Of a stretch of 64,000 nucleotides of DNA, positions 52,501-64,000 are shown in pieces. The stretch is from Balanoglossus misakiensis (Eukaryota; Animalia; Hemichordata): NCBI GenBank assembly GCA_040954595.2, contig CM082577.2, positions 2,046,001-2,110,000 on the forward strand, read 5' to 3'. Below the pieces are notes generated by a model. That model did not search any database. It was not told the DNA's origin and worked only from the letters and a program-made list of their open reading frames with translations. Position 1 is the first letter of the stretch; each line of letters begins with the position of its first letter. Made by a program: the position numbers and the translations under genes.

Positions 52501-55500
52501 CATCCCCCGGAATTTTCTATTTCTGAACTTAGATATGTTGCAATTAAGATTACCGGCAAGAAGCCGAGAAACCACCACACGCGATACTGCTGAAGTAACA
52601 CTTGATGGAAAACCGTGCTGTATCTCTGAGAAGTGTTATTCATGAAAACAACTGGCTGCCCGCAATTACTTGACACCTCGTGGGTCAATGTCTGCGCGTA
52701 GCATTAAGGGGGAATTTAAGTGTCTGGTTTATGTAGCATTAAAGGACCATTCATGGCCAGATTTATCGAACGTGGAATTTATATAGGAGGTCTTGTAGGA
52801 TAAAATAAAGCATTCCAATAAACCCATTTCTATTATTGTCATTTTGTGAAATTTTGCACATATTTCTGTCAAAATAAATTAAATTCCGACAGAGCTTAAA
52901 ATAGTACGGTCACGGTGCTTAGTTTTGAAACAAACTCCTTGAAATGGTTTACCCATAGAAAAAACATTATTTGCTAAATTCACCGCCTTTATTTCCTAAA
53001 CTCGCGGGCGCGACTGGCGTTCAATGTCTGTATACCATTGCATGCATGCACGTCACGAGTGAATTGTTATCCGGTTTAAAAACGCGACAACAGCACCTGG
53101 TGTGAAACATGACCAATCATGAAACACACGCTAATTAGCTGACATCCAATTATCAATGAATAGTACTTACGCAACTGTGTACATGCATGTATAGAGATTT
53201 CATTGGAAGAAAGTGACCACGTGCAGTGCATAACTTCACCAGGTGCTTTCAGAATTTGCATACGCCCCTTCGTTCGTGTCACCACGTTTGCAGGGAAAGC
53301 AACGTGGCGTATTCGTTTCCCAAAAGGAGAAGCAGAAAAACATGGAAAGGCTGACAAAGATGACTGGTTGTTCATGGATTTCGGATACCTCCTTGGAAAG
53401 AAAAATTGCACGACCCATATGCCGGATGAAACTGCCTTTCCTTCAGGGATTTGCCGAAGTACGACCCACCAAGCAACACGTAAGCGCACACCACTCTTTT
53501 ATGTTACTGAAAATGGGGTATGATTGCAGAATATACTTCCCAGAACAGGATAGAACCTCTGTATGTACAAGACTCGTCACTTGAAACCTATGGCGAACAC
53601 AATTCATTTATACTATCTTGTGCTGGGGCTATTGAATTGTAATCGTACCCTGTTATAAAATGCAAATTTTCGTCTGAATGTCCAATGTTTCATATGTGCT
53701 CTCGTGCAGGGCAATATCTAGATAATGTCCTACACGAAATGTATTACAGATATAGGGTAAGGGGCTTAAGTTATTTGCTACAGAATCAGTGGAAAAGTAC
53801 ATTTTAAAGTTAGTGCCACAGACCGAGACACTGCAAGTGCATCTGCGAGTGCTGGTCAGCGCTCGAGTCGTACATGCCTACACAGTCACACGGTGATGCA
53901 CACACCCTGACTTGCCTACGTGTCAATGATCATGCAACGCTGCCTGTATGTTCACGTTGGAATAAGCGATCTTGCGCCCGCGGTAATTAAAACATTCGCG
54001 ATGCCCGTCACGTTGTGCCATTTTTTAGGAAGCTAGACCTTGGTTGTCTGAGGTTAAAACGATCGTGAGCAGGAGAAATAAACGTGGCCAGCCATGCGAG
54101 TCGATATCGCGATGCGCAAAACTTATTACAGCGCGCCTAAACACAAGAGTCAGTGAATATTTGATTGCAGTGAACGTTTCGGTATACAGTTTGCATGTAG
54201 AAAGAATGCAGTTACAGAACTGACAACGAGACGCGGTATACACTCACACTATGCAATAAATAAATAAATAAACCGTTATTAAATTGATCCGAGAAAATGT
54301 CCAAACATAAATGGGAGATCATTTTCTTCAAATTACTTTCATCAAAGCTTACCGTGTCCTCCAATAAAGCTATACTTTACCATCCAGGTGTGGGCGGTAA
54401 ATTCGTTACAACAATCCGACATAAATTGCATTGAAAAAAAACTCGACGAAGTCTTTTGTGATAAAGATAATGGAATGAATTCCGTGTATGCAGTAAAGTT
54501 TGTCTTTGGAGTCTGTATGTCACGCCGACACGCCTAACTCAATATCTATTACAAGGTAAGGTTTTCTATAATCAGATGAAATTGGGAAACTGCGATATCA
54601 CATTACGCCTGGAAGTATTAAATTTTGAAAGAGATTGGTGATACCAATTCGATGACATTTCTAGACGTTGTCTCCTATTACATTTGAATAAACTCCCGAC
54701 CAGTGTCCGCCAAAGGGTGCTTCTTGCGATAAGAAGATAGAAACTTAAAGAGGTAAGATCGTCAGAACTGCACATGCGCGACTGTTCTGTCATTGTTCAA
54801 CTGTGTAGGAAGACCCTGCCGATCAATACAGTTTTGGAACAAGTATAAAATTGGAAATGTTGCAAAAAAAGTAATGACGCATTTTTTGCCATGATGTAGA
54901 GTGAATACAAAATAACAACCACATTGTTTGATAACGTGTACTGGTAACATGTTATGGTTATTTGTAAACTGAACTTGGGACATCCATCGTAGTTTTGTGG
55001 AGTGCGCGTGCGTAGATGGTGCTTCCCAACTTGCCAGGCAACAGTTGTCGGAAGTGTTGCCTCTCAAGCAACAGCGCCGAATTGAAGCACCCCACGTGAT
55101 TGCACTTGTCGAATCACAACACAGATTACGGATGAGGTGTGTTTCAAAATCAATTATTGTTGTTGGGGAGGCGTAGGTTATATACATGAACGAGGCGGCA
55201 AAAGATAAAAGTCACATGTCATCTGGCAGATGTAACCTATATTACATTTGACCCACCCATCCCTTGATTACTGGCGGCTCTTTCGAGGACAGGACATAGC
55301 TACTATATGAAAATAATTGCAAATTCATTAATCTATCGATATTCATGCGTTACATGCAAGCCTGGGGAAAACAGTAAAGTGAAAGAACTATTTTTTGACG
55401 TCAGCAAAAAGGCAAACATGTTTTTCTTTTTAAATGGTTCCAGAGCAAATCTGTTTTGCCGAGTCTACTCCCACGTGGTGGATTAACGAGGTGGCCGACA

Positions 55501-58434
55501 ATTGAATTCCATACTCCCGCCTGGTGCCGCGAGCCAAGTCTTTCGAAAGAGCGCATATCCTTGAACGACATTTTGTCGTCGACTCGACTGGCAAGCGGGC
55601 TCATGCATCTGTCAGAAAGGACATGCATATATGGCCAAGAAGTTTATCCTCCAAAAGTGCACTTGCCCTCGCGCGAGGATCAAACGAAGCGTGGTGTATT
55701 GACTTCGATCGCATTGCATATCGGCAATGATTACAGTAAATGAATTCGCTCAAGTTTTCTCGCTGTGACGCTGGCCACCCCCGTAATCGGAACTAACGTA
55801 CGATGGCAACACTTGACCACCACCGATCAAGTAGTTCCCCCCATAATGAGATCTTCCAAATCGGAGGTGATGTTGCCCATCCGTTAAATTTTCTTCCAAG
55901 TGTGTTTTCTCCGAGGAAACGGCGCTGAGCCGTGCCCGATGGCCCTTGTCCGCTTTGACAATACCCCCGAAGTGGGTAATTTGTACAAAAAAGTACGAAA
56001 ATGTTATCATTCCCGTGTCAGACGAAGGCTGTGACCTACATTAAGGCGGCGCTCACATTTTATCGTTCCCTGCAATTTCATTGGTGGAGGCATGGAACCC
56101 CTGTTGCAAATTTGTACAGGAGAAATGAAATGTTCTTCCTCAGCTGTCAACTGACATTTGGAATTTAGCAAATATTTTCACAAGGATTGTGCAAATAATG
56201 GCGACAGCACTCGCAATGACAATTAAGTAGACGGTTTCACGTCTAATGCAGTCGCTTCTTCCTATTTGCATACACCTTCCTAAATGCCACATGGATTTAC
56301 AATTGAATTACCGTCGCGATGTTGCTGTAATCCGGTTTTGCCTTATCACCGTTCGTTGTGTCCTCACCCAAACACTCTCACTCGTCGTAATTCGATTGAC
56401 AAAAATTGTCACTTTTCCGTCGCTGGGTTTCCCCGGCTAAAGCGACCCCGATTAAGTTTGTATACTTGTGGGGTTCGTGACAACATGTTTGCAATCGCAA
56501 ATTTCTCAGTCAGATGCATTTTTACATCAAAGAGCTAAATATGGAACAGTTTTTTTTCTCTAATGAAAAATCTCCACTCTTGGGATATGTTTTTATATAT
56601 CTACTTCACAAAACAAGACCAGAAAAGTGTTCAATATTTCATCCAGAAAACCTAACAAATAATTGTCAAAGTAATTTTCTTCGAGTTAGCGTGATAAAAG
56701 GCGAAAATAAAGCAAAAAAAAAATTACATTTCCCAGATTGGGCCATTTGACAATTAATTTACGAGAAAGGCGACTTGGGGTTTCGTTATCATTCCACTTT
56801 CAACCTGCGGGGTGATAAGCGACACGACTGTATGACTATTAAATCAAGAACACTTTATAGAGGCCGACTTCTCTCAACGTGAGTCTTTGCAGCTGACACA
56901 ACAAGAATATTAATTTATCGGGATGAGTGGGTGAATTTTACTTGCTGTATACCTCCGTGGGAAAACATATAGGAAGTCTACAGTGTCCATATACACGCGT
57001 GTGATTTGCTGCGTGGCTTGTGCACGACAAGAATCAAACGATCGTGCGCGCCAAAACTTCCCTCGTCATAGTTTCCCCCCGAAGTCTTTTACGAAGGGGT
57101 TCTAGAGTGTGTCTACTTCGGTCTAAATTGCTTGCGTCTTAGAGTAGCGTGGTGAAAAGTTCAACGTTGTTGATACGGATGTCTGCATGCATACAATCCC
57201 AGATAACGGACTTCTTATTGGTGATTACTGAGCACTTAATCATCGGCTTGCCCGCAGATTTTCAGCGCGATACAAACAGAGGAATCGTATAACGCCAGGA
57301 TTAAGGGTATACGTGAGGTGTGTTCATTGTATTGAATCAGTATTAACGTCAAAGCAGCGCACATTAAAACCGCGTGGAAATAAACGGAGACCTAATGGGA
57401 AATTGATGACTTTAGTCCCCCGAGGTAAGGTTTTTGTTTTTGTGACCGAGGCACGCAGGTGATAAATGTTTTTTTCTGTTGTCGAATCCGAGCATTGTGT
57501 ACTTGTTAATCGCACCCGTGACATCCTCTCATTTACAAATGGCTTATCGGGAATTTGCTTCGCCTTGGCAATGACTTTTATGCACTTGACAGTGTCTTTG
57601 TAGATTCTTTCGAATCGATGATATGTGACACTGATGAACTTAGCTGATCACCCGATTGAAAAAAAAGTAAATCCCCCGGGGCGCCGTGTATAAGCTAGGG
57701 GAAAACAAGTGCGGGTTCTTTGATGAACGTGGTTTGTCCTTTTGGCTGTCATCTGTTAATTCAAGAGCTGAGCAGGATTAGCCTGTCATCTTGGATAACT
57801 TTGTATCAACTGATTCGGTATTTCAAGCGATTTAACGAATATACCAGTTTGTTATAAAATGTAAGAAAAGCGATACAGAAGTGGGACTGATATGAGCAAT
57901 CATGAGCCGCCGCGCCATATCTACGTGTTGCTTGGTGACGAAACTCAATCTTTCTATTGTCCAGTGGCTAATTATCAGACGGGTTCATTTTGCGCATCCT
58001 ACCTGTCAAACATGTATTCAGTAAAATGGCGCTGTTGACAACTGTATAATACGGCCATCGTGTGTCATTTCTCCGAGAGGCTAATTCATGAAGTCAATGC
58101 GAACGGAACGCACCTTCCGCTAAATCCCTAATTCGTTAAAGTTCAACCGCAGAAGTTCTCGACCTTTCTATCGGCTGTCAACTTCGCGCGAAGTTGTCAT
58201 TATTTCACTCGGAAGCGGCGCGCTTTGAAGCGACTGGCTAAATCCAATTTGCGGTTTCGCGCCAATTAGCCCTCGGCTTGCTGTTTAGAACCAGCGCGAA
58301 AAATTGGGCGTCATCATCTTCGCTCATCGCCCACTATTAATTCATGTTCACAGGGACGATAAATAAGTCATGTCGTCATTGAGGCCGGCAGTTTCGTTAA
58401 AAAGTGTATTAGTCCCGCCTCAAGGACCGCACCA

Positions 58435-58786
58435 TAGTATGCATCTCGAAAAATCAAAGTCTCAATTTTTTCCTCACATTATGCATCAGAAGAGTTTAGA
58501 CCATTTTCTCTTAAAGCCGTGAATAAAAATTCGGGTTAGCTGTGCAAATGTTTGAATGAGAGAGTAAAATTGTCTCGAATTTAAATTTAAAAATGGCGCG
58601 GCCGCCAATCTCTGTGTTCACGCTACGGGGAAAATAGAAATTATTGCTTTAAAAAACGAGACAGTGAACTTCTCTTGTTTGTGACGTGTTCAAAAGACTC
58701 ATAATGTACTTTAATAGAGCAAAGAATGGAAAGTTTTATCATTTTTCTGAAAATCTGTCCCGGTGTGCGTTCATGTACTACCTAAA
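58435..58786. mobile_element. Degenerate ~350-bp non-autonomous DNA element
   Basis: Residual inverted ends (tagtatgca... / ...tactacctaaa) and an AT-rich body with aaaatggcg..gcc. It resembles a high-copy element I recall from hemichordate assemblies; this is unverified. Confidence 0.35.
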
Positions 58787-61700
58787 ACGCCAAAAAGGCG
58801 CGAAAACTACTCTGACGTCACCATTGCGCAACACAACCGAGAGGCCATATTGAAGTCAGCGGAGCCTATCAATTTATTGGCAATTAACAGTCACAACCGA
58901 TTTCGCACGGTTGAACCTCCGCACAGAAATGCGCTTCGTTCGAATTGCACAACCATATGGACCTAATCGGATTTCTGATTCAACACATCCAGTCATCTGT
59001 TAGAGCTCTGTATGCCCACCACACATGGGCATCTTCAATCATTAAAAGCCCGATAATACCGCGGTGGCAACCTGCTACCCCGTTCATCGAACGGCTAAAT
59101 CAGACGCAGACAAACTGAGCGGGAAAAGGGCATTCTTCTCCGAAGGGAAATTTTCTCTTTTGGGGGATTTAGAGAGTAAATCAAAGCACACTCGTCCATA
59201 TTATCTTCAATTTGACAAACGATTTTCCCTCCGAAGTAATCCGATAGAAAAATCTCGGGTAACGTAGATAATCCTTCTATCCAGGTACGTTGTTAGGTTT
59301 TAGCAACTGTGGACGGCAGTCTCGTGTATAAACGAGTTAGCCCATGCGTGAAACGGTGTTGCAAAAACTGATAGATTTCCCGCGAGAACTCACTGATTAT
59401 TTTTACCAAGTTTGGTGTAGTCGAGAAACGTGCCTATCGTATGTACACTTGGCGGTAGTTGAACGATAAGTTGGCATTCGCGAAAACTTTTCACATTAAT
59501 TATTAAATCTGCATTAGCTGTATCTTTTGTGTTTTTCCGATACGGCGGTTTTAAATCAATCATTTTATGCTGAAGAAAGACTTATCAAAGTGTGACCAAA
59601 GGCAAGTTTTCGAACACTGGCGACGGCCGCATTAGATATTGAATACTTTATGACTTGCAAATCATATATGGCCGCCGCCAGCGAGTAGGTTGCGGTAACG
59701 GTCACGAATTTTGATCAAATTACGCGAAAACATCGTGTACATTTGATGTACTCATGTCAGTGTCATTAAGACTATGTGAGCTTCAAGAGAATCTACCGGT
59801 AAGGAGGACTTAATTTATTTTAGGCCTAATGGCTGTAATGGGCAAGTCTCTTGTTATCGCTGCTTTCCTGGTCACGTGAGCAGCGTTTCATATTTCCCAT
59901 ATGAATAATAAGCACCTGGATATGACCGAACCAATTGTATTGCCAAGGATTGGAATAGTAATTGAACATTTTCAAGGGCAGGATGCCTTAATGACGGTAA
60001 TCCAAAACATTACCGTCGAATGCTATTTTATGGTAAACAAAATGCGCAAAAAGATACAGCTACGGGGTTTTTAACGATTTCGGAAAAAATCTTGCCCTAC
60101 ACGAAACACGACACATCCGCTCCGGGCTATCTTTCGTCGTCCAGGTGCCTTTGCCATTTGCAGGTGGTACAACATGACCCGTGCACTGTAAACGCCGATC
60201 GATAAAATCAACAAATGTAAGGTAACCGAGTCCGTCTCCATCAGATGAATTTCAATGAGACTGGCTTGTTTTGCAATAGGATGTTCTTTTAAAACTATTG
60301 TACAGTGGAAGTCAGTTATACAGAGTCTGCCATCTTTTCTTGAAGTGCTCTAACGTTGGCGTTACTACTTCATACGTCAAGGTGTAGTCAACACTTAGCT
60401 TTAGCTTCGAGTACAAGTGCGAAAGCAGGAAAATGTCTCGTGATGCCAAAAAGGTCCCTTCTTTGAATTCACACTGTCGCTGCGCAGTCGAAAGAAAAAT
60501 GGGCGCCAGAACAACGCTAGCCCTAATAACATGATCAAAATCTGTTGTAATACCGTTTTTTCTGAGAAAGCTGGTGGTGACAGCGTCTTGTAAGGATTAC
60601 GAGAGTCTTATGCCTATGCGCGCGATTCACATTTATGCCATCAGTGCAAATTTTTGTCACCTGATGGGCGGGATGAAGACTTGTCGTCCGGAAGTGCCAC
60701 AGGCGCGGGTAATGCAGTATAGGAACAGGTGGGCTTATGCAACGGTGTACAGTTCCCAGTCGAGTAGGTCTTAGGCGAAAGCTTAGAAGATGTGTTGTCT
60801 GTGCAAGGCGCGAAGGAAAGCAACAACGTATATGTTGTTGGCTTGTTGCAAACCTGGCGTCACAAGTTCAGACTTTAAACTGGGACATAGAATACCAGCG
60901 ACTGCCCACTTTTGCACAAATGCAAACGCCATTTCCTAGTAAAGGAGAACTCAATTTGGGCACATTTCCAAATACTGACTTACTCACCAGGTAAATTGTC
61001 CCAATAAACACGACACGGCTGGTGTCAGTGCATTTAGCTTGTCATTAAATGTAATCTGAAACTAAATCAGTGCGGCGTAATAGCGTTGAAGTATTCACTT
61101 TTACAACCGATCATAAAATTGTGAGTTATTCGGTGTATTATTTCAGTGGGAGGCACATTTTCTTCCGTAAATGTATCGCCTGGATCACATTTGCACCTAA
61201 ATTACACGCCGTGTAATTGTGTTACCTTGAACACGCGCGGGCCGGAGAAATAAAGGAGGAAAATTGGTCACGTGAGAAAATTACATTATATCTTATGATA
61301 TCAAGTTATGTTTTTACGAAAAAAAAGACAGAAATTAGATTTGGGAAACCCGATTTTTGGTGATAGGGGCAGGGAGGTGGCTCGCGCAATCAGAACACCG
61401 CTAATCATTGGCGGCTCCTTCCAAAGTCACAAGAGACCTTTTCCCGTTTTTTTGCATCTTCCGATCCGCACGCCTTGGCTGAGCCGTCCTGGGTACAGTG
61501 CCCCCCCCCCCCCCCAGTCAGCCCCCCCTCCCTCCCCAGAAATAAACGTACCCATGGCTAGCGAGATGGGATATTCCACGGCGAATTGAACGCTAATCGG
61601 ATGTATATCGAGGACCTAGACGCAAAAATAACGAATTTCTTGCTTCTTAAAAAGCACTGCTTTAGATCAGTTACGCGGTTCATTGTTCCTGTAATGCGTA

Positions 61701-64000
61701 ATGTATTGAGTGCGGGAATGAAACGTGGATGATGGTGAGGGGTGGGGGGGGGCATTGGCTGTCGAGTTAATGTCATTTGAAATGCGCATGCCTGCAAGAA
61801 GGATTTACCGTCCTTTTCATGGCAACACATAAAGTAGGCATTCATCGTAGAGGTCGCAGCAATTTCCTGCAATGGCCGTGCGATTTGACGGTCATTTCTC
61901 CCTGAGAACTGCAATTATGTCTTAATAGCACAATTTCAGCGATATTGTGGATATATTTTGCGAGGGGAGGGGGGGGGGTTCACGAACGCATCTGGCAGAC
62001 TTTTCTGGCTACAATTGATAGTTTCTATTTCAAAGCCTAACCTTCAATGAAGTGTAACCAATCCACCTGAATGTGGGGACTTATTAAAAAGAATCAAACA
62101 ACACCGCGGTCTCATCACATTCAGCGGGGATTTGTTTGCAGGGAGCTCAACTGGAAATAAATATGGTTTGTGATCAACAAGTCTGGCGAACACATTCTGC
62201 CATCTGTCTCACGCGGTTTCCATTGTACACGGCGTCACAATCGTTCAACTGTTGTGGGTGCTGTCTGCAAGGATTCACAAAAACCATTGAACGACGCCGC
62301 AAACTTATAAAAAATGAGTGATCTTCAGCGAAAAGGAAACCCCCGATGAAAGGGATACTCTTCCGCGAACGTCCGCTCCTCCGACAGTGATTACGCACAG
62401 CCCACTCTCGATGAAGTATCTGTACCTGAAGATTTGCAGTTTTGATACCCGTCTCTGGAGAGATATACCGGGGATGTATTCCGGCGTCAGTGCTCTTCCG
62501 AGTAGCTTTGCCACTAGAAGATACTTTGTCGAGAGATGAGGTGGTAAGATAAAGTTCACAGTTGGCCGACTTGTTACTGAACCGATCGCGATCCCGCGTT
62601 TTCCGCGGCGCTGATTGCAAATCTCTCCGATGAATGTACTCTGTAGGCTGGCGAGTAAACCTCGCAGATTGCACAGATGTGTAATTCATGAACGGAAGGA
62701 GATTATGGTTTCGATATGCGAATCTATCATGGAAGATGACCACCCCCGATAAAGCACCGTCCTTGACACCTTTATTAATCACATAGTACCTCCATCATTG
62801 CACTGAAAGAAAGCGTTTTGTGACTTACATGGAATTAAGGATTCGCAACACATGGTGCATCTTCGCCACATATTGGGACCCGCGTGTTTCGTAAAATTTT
62901 ATGTTTAATCGCTTTTGAAATAAGGTCAAACGATCGCTTCATTGAAGATGGGTCTTCCGCCATGATGATTTGGCCGCACGTCCCAACGACTTGAATTTGA
63001 AAGTGACAATTCGTCACTAAAGTGCCTACAATTTTCGATGGTGCCTAAAACCCATGTAGCTGCTTGCATTGTCTTTTGCAGTTGACTTACCAAGTAGGGA
63101 CCCATAGAGCTTAAAGCGAAGTCTAAGTCAGCTTACTTGGGCAGATGGGAACTGTATCCAGTAGCAACAAGCTTTTAGTCAAGTATAACTAATGCTTATG
63201 ACGATGGTATTCGGTTGACAATCGAAATCCTCCTGAGCTGTACCATGCTGTATTTGTTTAATGCGTTGGTTTGAAATGTAGAAACGCTTAGCGCGCGAAG
63301 TGTGTCCACGGGCATTTTTTTCAAACAGTGGCGACGATGGTACGTACAACTTGGGCTTTAACAAATAATAATGTACTTGTAAGTCAGATTTAAGCCGAGG
63401 GGACGCATCATCATGTTGTTACCATTTCGTCTGCAGCGTAAGCTTTTATTCAAGTACTGACGAGTAACGACTCAACATGTATTTTTTATTTGTTTGTGCC
63501 AGATGGTCTCAAATGCAAGGTTTAGCGAGGAAGGGAGGACGAAGACGCGTACACCAACTGTGACATGGACAGGGTGATATTAGATGACTATAGATGAGGT
63601 AGGTTCTCCACAGAAGGCATAGAGGGCGTATAAGTATGATACCGAAAATGGGTTTTGGTAGAAACGGGAGTGCAGAAGTGCATGGCGAGTGTATTCGTGG
63701 CGTTATGTATGTTCCTGTGACACATATCAATGTCAGTACAGTTATGGCCTGCAAAGCATGATATAGAAAAGGCGCTTGTTTGTACAATTAGCATTGTTAT
63801 AACGTGCTGTATACCATGTATGTTCCCAGGGTCTTCCGTAAAAATAGCATTAGGCCTGTGCCCATACATATAGGTCTTCTTCGTCGCTGCAATTTCCTGT
63901 TATTTAAATACACGGATATCAAATGCCTATAAATATCAATTTTCTGCAGTTCAGCTGTGACTGTTTTGTATCTGAGATGTTTTGTTCTGTAAGTCATAAA

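Noticed and set aside
55099-55120. miR-92-like attgcacttgtc
   Set aside because: The 3' half diverges and there is no complementary 5' arm.
62174-62782. 202-aa minus-strand ORF
   Set aside because: Non-ATG start, random-like composition and no recognisable domain.
1-64000. CRISPR arrays, rRNA, tRNA, U12 introns, intact transposase or RT genes, and a nested neuropeptide precursor for the GPCR
   Set aside because: None was seen by eye. All reconstructed introns are ordinary GT-AG, and no precursor with a signal peptide and a dibasic-flanked cyclic peptide was found.

Overview
Eukaryotic, intron-rich animal DNA, most likely from an invertebrate deuterostome such as an acorn worm (inferred, not verified). 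Four protein-coding genes can be rebuilt by hand with consistent GT-AG phases. (1) A GPI-anchored Ly6/uPAR three-finger protein (+, 3 exons, 6582-14864, 144 aa). (2) Mitochondrial ferredoxin/adrenodoxin reductase FDXR (-, 11 exons, 16683-20036, 503 aa). (3) The ciliary transition-zone gene B9D1 (+, 7 exons, 20218-39774, 223 aa), head-to-head with FDXR across 181 bp and with an outsized 16-kb last intron. (4) An intronless class A neuropeptide GPCR mixing somatostatin-receptor and MCH-receptor signatures (-, 46921-48039, 372 aa). Other features are an 85-bp TTAA-flanked MITE family (5 copies), other MITEs, a 20-bp palindromic micro-insertion with a 7-bp target duplication, a decayed Myb/SANT-like fragment and microsatellites. 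I found no CRISPR, tRNA, rRNA or convincing known miRNA, and no clearly novel multi-gene system. The best leads are the identity of the receptor, the DR1/DR4 bidirectional promoter, the 16-kb intron with a possible nested antisense transcript, and the micro-elements.
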